Shown: one piece after another, positions 10,062 to 18,309 of the stretch | How the letters are laid out: each line of letters starts with the position of its first letter | Position numbering within the stretch: the first letter of the stretch is position 1 | Assembly: GCA_041577295.1 (NCBI GenBank) | Contig: JBFGJG010000006.1 | Coordinates: 1-64,000, forward strand | Reading direction: 5' to 3' | From: Gemmatimonadales bacterium | Lineage (GTDB): Bacteria; Gemmatimonadota; Gemmatimonadetes; Gemmatimonadales; GWC2-71-9 | Length of the DNA: 64,000 nt | Program-made: the position numbers and the translations under genes | Notes under the pieces: model-generated | What the model was told of the DNA's origin: nothing | Seen by the model: only the letters and a program-made list of their open reading frames with translations | Databases searched by the model: none

Positions 10062-10796
10062 TCACCTTCTCCCTCTAAATGCACCCTCTGGGCACTCCTG
10101 TTCATCCTCTGGATAGGACCACGCAAGCTCGATCAGTTCAACGCGGACCGTCATCTTCCGAATCAAGGCGTGGTCTGAGCGAACCGTTCGTTCACCGAGG
10201 ATCTCCCGAAATTCGGGCTCCTCGGCGAAGCGTCGATAGTCGCTAGCGTCGGGGGCGAGCCGCAAGCTGAGGCCATTCCAGCGGGTCCCACCTCCGTAGT
10301 CCCACCCAAACCCCCCGAACTCGAGCGGTCCGCCTCGTAGCTGCTCCAACTCCTCGAGTGTGGTCCCGATGCGAACTCCATCCGCGGTAGCCCAGTGACC
10401 ACCGGCGTTCCGAACTCGCACGGTTGCGGGCGCGACCCGTTCATCCGTACTCCACGTCAGCTCGAGCTCGTCGACATCGCCAGGAAACACGAGGGTTCCT
10501 GGCACGCAAAACCCTTCGGCCAGGTAGATCCAGCCGTCTTGGACGTTGGCCTTTCCAAAAATGCCCTCAAGCTCCGACCGACTCGTCGTTTCTTGAATCG
10601 CTCCGAACCGCTCTCGGGGAACGATTGTCCGGTCAACGGACGGGGAATCACCAGCTCCCAGACTGGGCGCGTCTTGCCCGTCCGAAGCGCCATGCTCAGC
10701 TCCGCCAGCGCAGCCGAGGAGGGCCCCCGCGAGCAGCAGATCATGAACAGCGGGCCGTATGCGATAAAGCCGCCGCTCAGTTCGTTCGGCTAACAT
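10062..10796 (-). CDS. hypothetical lipoprotein
   Basis: Lipobox-like LLGC; GVRIGTTLEEL..FGGFGWDYGG conserved-looking block. Confidence 0.65.
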   Translation of the reverse strand: MLAERTERRLYRIRPAVHDLLLAGALLGCAGGAEHGASDGQDAPSLGAGDSPSVDRTIVPRERFGAIQETTSRSELEGIFGKANVQDGWIYLAEGFCVPGTLVFPGDVDELELTWSTDERVAPATVRVRNAGGHWATADGVRIGTTLEELEQLRGGPLEFGGFGWDYGGGTRWNGLSLRLAPDASDYRRFAEEPEFREILGERTVRSDHALIRKMTVRVELIELAWSYPEDEQECPEGAFRGRR

Positions 10797-11697
10797 GCTC
10801 GTACACGATCCGCGAAAGATCGGCTATCAACGTGTCCGAGACTGTCGGCTCGTCGATCCCCCGCACCAGGACGACGAGAACGTATCGGCGGCCATCGGCG
10901 ATCTCAACGATCGCCGCATCGTGATTGATGCGCGTAATCAGCCCCGTCTTGTGGGCGACCTTGGCTTCGGGAGGCAACCCGGCGGGAATGCCGTCGTTGA
11001 ACCGCTGCCGCCACAAGATCTCCAACATGGCTTGGTTGGATTCATCGTTCGCCGCGTCTCCAAGTGCGATCGCTGCCATGATGACACCGAGGTCGCGAGC
11101 GGTAGTGGTGTTGCTCATTCCTGCCTCGAACGCCTTGATGTCCTCGACACCACGGAGCACCTCAATGGAGTCCGCTCCCAGCTCACGCATGGTATGCTGG
11201 ACCCGCGGCGCGCCCACCTTCTGAATGAGGATATTTGTGGCCAAGTTGCTCGATACGGTGATCATCAGCTCCGTGAGCTCTCGTACTGACGCCATGTCGC
11301 CAAGCCGTTTATACAGGGAGCTGTCGCTGTCGCTCGCTATCGACAGTGCATATGGAGAGCCATCGACGATAGACCGAAACCTGTCGGTCACTTGCAAACT
11401 ATCGTCCAAGCCGTACCAGCCAGCTGAAGCATCCCGAAAAACCTGGATCATCACAGGCACCTTCATGGTGCTAGCGGCGTGCATGCGCACATCACCATTC
11501 ATTATTACAGAATCGCCCGTGTTCAGATCGTGAAAGTAGATACTCACGATTTCCGCGCTGCTGTCATCGATTCGCTCTTGGAGGGCCTCTCGTAGCGCAT
11601 CGTCGAAATCGGTGCTGCAGCCTATCAGCAGCACCGTCCCGATGAGAGAGGACAGCGCGAAACGTCTGGTTGTGATTCCCCGGGGTTTCGACGGCAT
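10777..11697 (-). CDS. class A beta-lactamase-related serine hydrolase (lipoprotein)
   Basis: SxxK (ASTMK), SSN, HKTG motifs; lipobox LIGC. Confidence 0.88.
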   Translation of the reverse strand: MPSKPRGITTRRFALSSLIGTVLLIGCSTDFDDALREALQERIDDSSAEIVSIYFHDLNTGDSVIMNGDVRMHAASTMKVPVMIQVFRDASAGWYGLDDSLQVTDRFRSIVDGSPYALSIASDSDSSLYKRLGDMASVRELTELMITVSSNLATNILIQKVGAPRVQHTMRELGADSIEVLRGVEDIKAFEAGMSNTTTARDLGVIMAAIALGDAANDESNQAMLEILWRQRFNDGIPAGLPPEAKVAHKTGLITRINHDAAIVEIADGRRYVLVVLVRGIDEPTVSDTLIADLSRIVYEHVSRTN

Positions 11698-11770
11698 ACG
11701 ATGTGGCAATATACTCTTGTTGCATCTGCCATCCAGGCGACACTTTACACCAGCAACGGAGTAGAAATCC

Positions 11771-12334
11771 GTGTCTGAGCTCATCCGCTACGAGTACCAC
11801 CGTCCCGGAAAGTCGACAAGCGTGTTTCACCAATGGCTGGTGCTCGACCGGCCCGACGTCAAAGTCCTCCTTTCGGAGGATTTTGCAGGTGCCGACCTGC
11901 GCGCTGGCGAGAGCGTGATCCATCAAAGCGGCGCCCCAATGATCTGGTACGTGTTTCCCGAGAAGTGGCACGATGTCGGACGATTTCATGATCGGGACGA
12001 AAATCACACCGGCTGGTACACGAACCTGATTACGCCGGTTGAGATCTCGACAGCGGGTTGGAGGGCGAGCGATCTGTTCCTCGACCTCTGGCAACCGGTG
12101 GAGGGTGATCCCGTGTGGCTCGACGCCGACGAGCTCGTGGAAGCCGTCGAGCAAAAGGTGATCGATGCTGCCACGAGGAAACGCATCCAGAACGAGCGGG
12201 TGATGATCGATCTGCAGATCCAGATGGGGGCCTGGCCACCAGCGGTGGCAAAAGACATCGATCTGCAACAGGCGCGGGCACTCAAGGAAACGGGCGCAGC
12301 CTCGACGTCCCAAGCGGCGCGGAAGAAACGATGA
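11771..12334 (+). CDS. DUF402 domain protein
   Basis: GWYTNL.TP, DLFLDLW, WLDADEL motifs. Confidence 0.75.
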   Translation: MSELIRYEYHRPGKSTSVFHQWLVLDRPDVKVLLSEDFAGADLRAGESVIHQSGAPMIWYVFPEKWHDVGRFHDRDENHTGWYTNLITPVEISTAGWRASDLFLDLWQPVEGDPVWLDADELVEAVEQKVIDAATRKRIQNERVMIDLQIQMGAWPPAVAKDIDLQQARALKETGAASTSQAARKKR

Positions 12335-13092
12335 AGCGCCAACTGCCCTACGTTTTCGACACCGGCACGGGTAATCCACCGCTGGTCTTTCTGCACTCGT
12401 TGGCCGGGACCCGCTTCCACTGGCAACAGCAGGTCACGCATTTCGCACGTCACCACAGAGTTGCCGCCATCGATCTGTTAGGACATGGCGACAATCCGAC
12501 ACCGTGGACCGAAGGTCTTTCCTTTCAACGGGTCGCGAACGACGTCTTATCCACTGCCAACCACCTCGGCCTCGGCAAGTTCGTGCTCGTGGGTCACAGC
12601 TTTGGCGGAGGTGTCGCAATCACGTGTGCTGCAACGGTTCCCAACCAGCTGGTCGGGCTCATACTGGCCGATCCGATCGGCGATCAACGGCAGGCTCCGC
12701 AAGAAGAGACAACGGCGTTCAAGAAGGCGATTCAGTCGGAGCAGTACGAGGAGACCGTGCGCGGATTCTGGCAGGATATCCTCATTGAGGCACAGCCGGC
12801 GACACACGACCGAGTGATGGAAGACCTTCGCGGGACGCCCCGCGAAACCGTCGTGGGTGGCTTCGCCGCCATGCTCGCGTACGACCCCGTCACCCCGCTG
12901 CAAAGCTACCGCGGCCGTGTGCTCTCCATCACCACACCAGGCAACGACTTCCCGTATAGCCTGCACAACCTCATCCCGGAGCTTCCCAACGAAACGATCC
13001 ACGGCGTAAGCCATTGGCTCCAAATGGACCGTCCGGAAGAGTTCAATCAGCTGATCGAGAAGTTTGTTGAAAGACGCACGGGCGGACGGTAG
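12331..13092 (+). CDS. alpha/beta fold hydrolase
   Basis: LVFLH, DLLGHG, GHSFG nucleophile elbow, C-terminal His (SHWLQMDRPEEF); ATGA overlap with upstream gene. Confidence 0.9.
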   Translation: MKRQLPYVFDTGTGNPPLVFLHSLAGTRFHWQQQVTHFARHHRVAAIDLLGHGDNPTPWTEGLSFQRVANDVLSTANHLGLGKFVLVGHSFGGGVAITCAATVPNQLVGLILADPIGDQRQAPQEETTAFKKAIQSEQYEETVRGFWQDILIEAQPATHDRVMEDLRGTPRETVVGGFAAMLAYDPVTPLQSYRGRVLSITTPGNDFPYSLHNLIPELPNETIHGVSHWLQMDRPEEFNQLIEKFVERRTGGR

Positions 13093-13265
13093 AAGGTAGG
13101 TTGGAAGGGCCGCCAGGTCGGAAGGGGACGCCGGGAGGCCTGGCGGACGGACGGGCGGCTAAGCCGGTCTTGGACAGGGCGCCACTGCTCGTCACTAATT
13201 GCTTTTTGGGCAGGGGTTACATAGCGTAGAAACTGACCTTGATCACGTATGCAGGCACCAAGAGC

Positions 13266-14018
13266 ATGACACGAACCGCTTCGGGCGAAGCTACCTCGAC
13301 GGCCGTCCTTGCAGATGACCCCCGTCTACCGGAGGTGCTCATCGCTGCGACACGGGCTTCCATTTATGAGAGCCTCATGCCGGGCTTGGCACACGAGCTG
13401 AGCAATGTGGGGCAGGCCATGGCCCTTGGAGAGCCATCGTCACGAGAGTTGTCGGACCGGGAATCGGCTGAAGTCGTCAAGGCGCTTCGGTGGGCGCGCG
13501 ATCGGCTCACAGATGCGACGGAAGCCCTTCGTACGCTGGGACTACCTAAGACCGAGGACGAGCCAGCTGTCATCGAAGTTGTAATGCGCACGGTCCATGT
13601 TTGGCAACGTTACCAGAAGCGTCTACCAAACGTCGCCGTACGACTTGAACTCGCGGGGGTCATGCGCCCCGCCGAGATCTATCGACATGACCTACAGATG
13701 GTTCTGCTAACGTTGATCAAGAACGCCAAAGAGGCCATTGGGTGGCAGGACGACGCAAAGATCGTGGTTGCTGCCTCTCAGGCGGGCGACCGTGTCCTGA
13801 TTCGCGTCGAGGACAACGGGCCTGGCATTGCACCTCCCGTGCGCGACAGAATCTTCCAGCCTTTTTTCACGACTCGGGGCGAGGATCATCTGGGAATCGG
13901 CTTGCCGGCCGCTCGTGCTCTGGTCGAGCGATTTGGTGGAACGCTCGATGCCGAATACAAGCCAGGGGATTCCGATGGTGCTCGCTTCGTCGTGGAGGTT
14001 CCTCTGCTACCCGCCTGA
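13266..14018 (+). CDS. cytoplasmic histidine kinase without sensor domain
   Basis: H box GLAHELSN, N box LIKNAKEAI, G1 EDNGPGI, F box FQPFFTT, G2 GIGL. Confidence 0.8.
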   Translation: MTRTASGEATSTAVLADDPRLPEVLIAATRASIYESLMPGLAHELSNVGQAMALGEPSSRELSDRESAEVVKALRWARDRLTDATEALRTLGLPKTEDEPAVIEVVMRTVHVWQRYQKRLPNVAVRLELAGVMRPAEIYRHDLQMVLLTLIKNAKEAIGWQDDAKIVVAASQAGDRVLIRVEDNGPGIAPPVRDRIFQPFFTTRGEDHLGIGLPAARALVERFGGTLDAEYKPGDSDGARFVVEVPLLPA

Positions 14019-14435
14019 ATTGAGTTCGCACGCGACCTACTCCATTCGTATAGAATCTCCGGAACCGTCTGCTCAGTAGCCGCGCTCCATCTCGTGTGAC
14101 AGAGCATACATCGTCTGACTGAACACGCCATCTTGCAGCGCATGGCACCCTCTGTGTCGACGGCCGGCAACAAACTCGGCTTCGACTCCTTCGTGCGGGT
14201 AGGTCACAGTTTTTCAGGGGTGTCGCAATTACCTGTGCGGCGACGGCTTCCGGCCGTTTGGCCCGGCTCGTACTAGCCAATCCGATCGTCGACCAGTGCC
14301 AGGCCGAAAAAGCTCAACCAACTGCTCGAGAGATGCTTGAGGGCAGGACAACGGAACGACGGTGGAACGGTCGGCCACCCGAGCGGGTGCCCTCCTCTTT
14401 CGTTTCCGCGGCCGGTCAAGAGCCACACCAGCGCC

Positions 14436-15194
14436 TCAAGCGGGTGAAGCAGCCAAGACCGGGCTTTCGCGGAGGCGCTCGAGGGCACGGCGTCTGATCT
14501 GAGACACTCGACTCTCTGTGATCTTAAAGACTTCACCAATCTGACGGAGGTTGAGTCCCTCGTAATAATGGAGGGCGAGGACCTGACGATCACGTGTCGG
14601 GAGGTCCCGTAGCGCCTTGGCGAGTTGCGCGCGCCGCTCATCAGCGATCACCGATTTCAATGGATCCTCCTCACGACCCGAAATGGTCTCCTCGAGCGAA
14701 TGGGAGTGCTGCGTATTTGGTGTCGGCTCACTCAGCGAAACGACCCGTTGCCGTGCAAGGTCCGCCCAGAAACGCCAGTAGTCGCTCATGGTCACCCCGA
14801 GCGCCAAGGCAATCTCGCTGTGATCTGGAGGCCGTCGGAGCCGAGTCTCCAACCGATCCGCGACTTGCGCAAATCGGCGAGCACGACTGCGTCCTGCCCG
14901 CGTCATCCAGTCGCGACTTCGTAATTCGTCGAGAATGGCCCCGTGGATCCGCCGCATTGCGTACGTGCTAAAGGCGACACCGCGCGCGAGATCAAAGCTC
15001 TCGAGGGCCTGTAATAACCCAAGGGTGCCGGAGCTCACGAGATCCTCGACCTCTAGCGTGTGCCGTGTGCTTTTGGCGACACGAATTGCACAACTGTGAA
15101 CGAGCCGTAGGTGTCTCTCCAGTAGCTGGGATCTCGCATCGCCGTCCCCATTTTCTCGGTAGCGCCGCCACAGTTCTTCGTTTTGTGGTTTCAT
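14436..15194 (-). CDS. fliA: FliA/WhiG family sigma-28 factor
   Basis: EDLVSSGTLGLL, FSTYA.RRI.GAILDELRSRDW, YYEGLNLRQIG..ITESRVSQI; ATGA-coupled to the flhG-like gene. Confidence 0.92.
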   Translation of the reverse strand: MKPQNEELWRRYRENGDGDARSQLLERHLRLVHSCAIRVAKSTRHTLEVEDLVSSGTLGLLQALESFDLARGVAFSTYAMRRIHGAILDELRSRDWMTRAGRSRARRFAQVADRLETRLRRPPDHSEIALALGVTMSDYWRFWADLARQRVVSLSEPTPNTQHSHSLEETISGREEDPLKSVIADERRAQLAKALRDLPTRDRQVLALHYYEGLNLRQIGEVFKITESRVSQIRRRALERLRESPVLAASPA

Positions 15195-16162
15195 GGTACG
15201 TCTTTCTCTGGGGATGACCGGACCAACCGGCTTTCGAGACCGAAGATCCAAGGATGATCAGCGATGATCGGCCACAAGGCCTCAGCCGCGGATCCAACGG
15301 CATGCAGCTCAACGACCTGATTGTGAGTTCGACGTTCGAACCGCACTGGCGAATCGCTCGGAAGGCTTCCGAGATAATCGAGCTCTCGATGGCGGCCACC
15401 CTCGCACAGACGAGTCAGCTTCTCAAACGCCACCGTCCCTTCGGAGGGATCATGCGTTCGATTGGCAATCACGTGGATCGGTAACTGGGGTAGTTGGTGG
15501 CCAACGATCTTGATCAGTGCGTGGGAGTTCGTGATCGCCGAGTCATCCGACAGCAGCACAACCACGAGTCGGCTGGCACCCATGGCTGAGGCTCGCACGA
15601 CGCTCTCGAGACCTGGACCGGCATCGACGATTACAGAATCGAAGCCGTCGTACAGGGTGCTGAGTTGGTAGTGGAGGCGGGCACGGTCCATCGCGCTGAG
15701 CGCGTAGATCGCTTCGTCACCGGAGTTCGCAGGCAGCAGCCATAAATTGTGCGCCACCTTCTGCACCAGTGACTCGGGTAGGGCCGCACCGGTCAGAACA
15801 CCGTGTAAAGAGCCACACGGCGGCACGCCCAACAGCACATGCAGGTTGCCGAGGTTCTGTGATCCGTCCAGCAGCAGAACGCGGCGCCCTGTCTGCGCAA
15901 CGTGGGCACCGCACATGACGGTGAGAACGGAAGCCCCCGCCCCACCCTTACCGCTGCCGAGCACGAGTACGACGGGCTCCCGTCTCGCATGTGCGGCGAG
16001 TACCGCGCGGTCTGGGCGCTCCAGATACGAGTAGCCACGCTCCACATGGGGCTCATGATCGCAGGTCGGTGTGTGCGATCGTGATGTGCTCTTGTCGCCT
16101 TGGGGTGCGTCCACATCCGTCTCCGGAGTCATCTGGCCGGGGGGGGAGAAGGCAATCGGCAT
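15191..16162 (-). CDS. flhG: FlhG/FleN (MinD-like) protein with degenerate P-loop
   Basis: SGKGGAGAS, NLHVLLG, LLPANSG, IVDAGPG, ANR; directly upstream of fliA; start uncertain. Confidence 0.75.
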   Translation of the reverse strand: MPIAFSPPGQMTPETDVDAPQGDKSTSRSHTPTCDHEPHVERGYSYLERPDRAVLAAHARREPVVLVLGSGKGGAGASVLTVMCGAHVAQTGRRVLLLDGSQNLGNLHVLLGVPPCGSLHGVLTGAALPESLVQKVAHNLWLLPANSGDEAIYALSAMDRARLHYQLSTLYDGFDSVIVDAGPGLESVVRASAMGASRLVVVLLSDDSAITNSHALIKIVGHQLPQLPIHVIANRTHDPSEGTVAFEKLTRLCEGGRHRELDYLGSLPSDSPVRFERRTHNQVVELHAVGSAAEALWPIIADHPWIFGLESRLVRSSPEKDVP

Positions 16163-16204
16163 ACCGACGCATCACAGACCACCCGACCAGAGGGGGCTTT
16201 CAGA

Positions 16205-16220
16205 TGCAATCCATTGTCCC
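16205..16220 (-). promoter_or_regulatory. putative sigma-54 promoter for flhG-fliA
   Basis: Minus strand GG-ACAATGGATT-GC-A gives the correct GG-N10-GC spacing with TTGCA. Confidence 0.5.
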
Positions 16221-16282
16221 GCTGAGAATTACGCGTGCTGTGGAGGGAAGTGCGTGAAGCGTGCTGGGGATCAGAACGGAAA

Positions 16283-16312
16283 GGCAGCTCTTCCGCGCCG
16301 GAAGAAACTGCC
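16283..16312. promoter_or_regulatory. inverted repeat GGCAGCTCTTCC-N5-GGAAGAAACTGCC: enhancer site and/or terminator
   Basis: Imperfect palindrome about 25 bp after the activator stop and about 65-95 bp upstream of the putative -24 element. Confidence 0.45.
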
Positions 16313-16337
16313 GTCAACTACCGGACGATGATTCCGG

Positions 16338-17708
16338 TCACTGCCTTTGGGCGGGGGTGGGTGAAGACGCTCGCCCCCGATTCAGCTTGTTGCGTAGAGT
16401 CCGTTCGGAGATTCCGAGGAGCTTGGCGGCACGAGCGCGGTGCCCGCCCGTTTCCTGAAGCGCGCGGTCTATGGCGAGGCGCTCGAGTTCCTGGAGGTTT
16501 GTGGGGAGGCGAGCAGCATCCGGAGTTTCCTCACTTGCTTGATGGGACACAGGAAGATGAAAGTCGTCGACCTGAAGCCGGCGGCCACCGGACAAGATCC
16601 ACGCCCGCTCGACGGCGTGCGCCAGCTCACGCACGTTCCCCGGCCAGTCATAGCCGACGAGCCGATCAATGGCACTTTGATCGATGGACGATGGCTCTTT
16701 TCCCTCTTGCTCCGCGGCCCGTTTGAGGAAATAGTTCGCCAGGAGGGGAATGTCGGCCTTGCGCTCTCGCAGCGCGGGGGTGCGTATGGGCACGACACTC
16801 AGTCGGTAAAAAAGGTCTGAGCGGAATCGGCCAGCACTGACCTCGTCTTCGAGGTTCCGGTTGGTGGTCGCGATGATCCGCACATCGACTCTGAGCGTTT
16901 CCTGTCCGCCAACTCGCTCAAACTCCTGCTCCTGAACAACACGTAACAACTTGGCCTGCAAGTCGAGGTGCATCTCGGAGATTTCGTCGAGGAGCAGCGT
17001 ACCGCCATCGGCGCGTTCAAACGCTCCCCGAGAGCGCGAGGTCGCTCCCGTGAAGGCCCCTTTTTCGTGACCGAACAACGCGCTTTCTACCAGGTTGCTT
17101 GGCATGGCTGCGCAATTGAGAATAATGAATGGTTTGTCCGAGCGAGGGCTTGCATCATGCAGCGCACGGGCGAAGAGCTCTTTGCCGGTCCCGGACTCTC
17201 CTTGGAGCAGCACCGTCGCCCGGGTCGGAGCGACGGTCGCCACCACGTCGAGCACGTGGCGAAGTGCCTCGCTTTCTCCCACGATAGCGCGTTGTTTTCG
17301 CAGCGAACGCAGCTCACGGCGGAAGGCTTCGTTCTCTCGCCGGAGTCGGACGACTTGCAGCGCCTGGTTCACCGCTATACGCAGGGACTCGGATCGGACG
17401 GGTTTGGTCAAGTAGTCGACCGCACCATGGCGCATCAGTGTGACTGCATTCTCGACGCTACCGTATCCGGTCAAGATGATGACAGGAATCTCGTGACTGC
17501 CCTCCCGAAGACGACGTAACAGGTCCAGCGCCGTTTCGTTAGGCATTGAGTAGTCGCTGATGATGAGATCCGGCGCCTTCAATTCAACCACTTTCAGCGC
17601 CTCGGTTACGCTGTTCGCGAGCACCGGCTCGTGACCGAGTTCCCGAAGTGCACGCTCGACGAGCACGGCAACCGACGGTTCGTCATCGACATATAAGATC
17701 GTAGCCAT
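16338..17708 (-). CDS. sigma-54-dependent response regulator (REC-AAA+-Fis HTH), FlrC/FleR-like by context
   Basis: REC (YVDDE, ISDYSMP, YLTKP), [39 protein letters not shown]. Confidence 0.93.
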   Translation of the reverse strand: MATILYVDDEPSVAVLVERALRELGHEPVLANSVTEALKVVELKAPDLIISDYSMPNETALDLLRRLREGSHEIPVIILTGYGSVENAVTLMRHGAVDYLTKPVRSESLRIAVNQALQVVRLRRENEAFRRELRSLRKQRAIVGESEALRHVLDVVATVAPTRATVLLQGESGTGKELFARALHDASPRSDKPFIILNCAAMPSNLVESALFGHEKGAFTGATSRSRGAFERADGGTLLLDEISEMHLDLQAKLLRVVQEQEFERVGGQETLRVDVRIIATTNRNLEDEVSAGRFRSDLFYRLSVVPIRTPALRERKADIPLLANYFLKRAAEQEGKEPSSIDQSAIDRLVGYDWPGNVRELAHAVERAWILSGGRRLQVDDFHLPVSHQASEETPDAARLPTNLQELERLAIDRALQETGGHRARAAKLLGISERTLRNKLNRGRASSPTPAQRQ

Positions 17709-17895
17709 AGTCGGTTGTTCGATCGTACGCTCCTCAAGAATAGTCTCGTTTCCGAACGCTATGACATAGCCATTCTCATAGCAACCGGTTCCCGTACCCA
17801 CGGTGGCTTGCTTGGGTCCTGTCCACACTCGGGTGGCCCGCCGAGTACCGTAGTTGGCAAGAGGGACCAACCCGTGCGTGGCTCCCCCGCCAAGC

Positions 17896-17923
17896 TCAAG
17901 TCCTGCCGCGTCTCCGCCGATAA
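17896..17923 (+). promoter_or_regulatory. sigma-28 (FliA) promoter TCAAG-N15-GCCGATAA
   Basis: Perfect GCCGATAA -10 and TCAAG -35 (spacer one nt longer than usual), upstream of the flgM-like ORF and near fliA. Confidence 0.7.
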
Positions 17924-18009
17924 TCGCCGACAGTGGAACCCACTTCAGACCTGGTGGCGATGAGAGAATCATCTCGGTTCAGCATCAACCGTTCTTGGCA
18001 GCCAACTTC

Positions 18010-18309
18010 ATGCCTCTAAAACCGTTACGGAGCGACCAGCGCCCTTCCTTGAAGGAAAACCAGCGATCGTGCTCCGATTCGGTGGTCAGTGTGGAGCCCC
18101 CAATTCACCATCCGGACGGTGAGTCAGCTGTGGCAAGGCATGAGACCAGCGATGGGGCGTTGACACCAGACACAGCGCCGATTTCGGATCGTGTGGTCGA
18201 GGTTCGCCGGCGATTGGCCACTGGCTTCTATGACGGCCCAGAAGTGCTCAATCGTATTGCAGAATTGCTCGGAGAGGAGCTGGCGCGGAGTGACGATGTC
18301 CGAGATTGA
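18010..18309 (+). CDS. FlgM-like anti-sigma-28 factor
   Basis: About 99 aa; disordered N-terminus then DRVVEVRRRLATGFYDGPEVLNRIAELL, matching the FlgM C-terminal pattern; follows a sigma-28 promoter. Confidence 0.6.
   Translation: MPLKPLRSDQRPSLKENQRSCSDSVVSVEPPIHHPDGESAVARHETSDGALTPDTAPISDRVVEVRRRLATGFYDGPEVLNRIAELLGEELARSDDVRD

Noticed and set aside
10777..11697. Calling the serine hydrolase a resistance beta-lactamase
   Set aside because: Motifs fit the broad class A-related lipoprotein family; activity cannot be inferred and there is no mobile context
13105..13150. CCAGGTCGGAAGGG resembling the SRP RNA domain IV loop
   Set aside because: Lacks the AGCAG partner strand and the long stem; better explained as a simple CCGCCAGG/CCTGGCGG hairpin
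14019..14435. 417-bp gap between the kinase and fliA with TTCGACTCC (T-loop-like), TGGCAC hexamers and short ORFs
   Set aside because: No cloverleaf, no correctly spaced -12 GC, no recognisable protein or c-di-GMP riboswitch motif
17781..17794. Possible sigma54 promoter upstream of the activator gene
   Set aside because: GG-to-GC spacing is 9 rather than 10 nt
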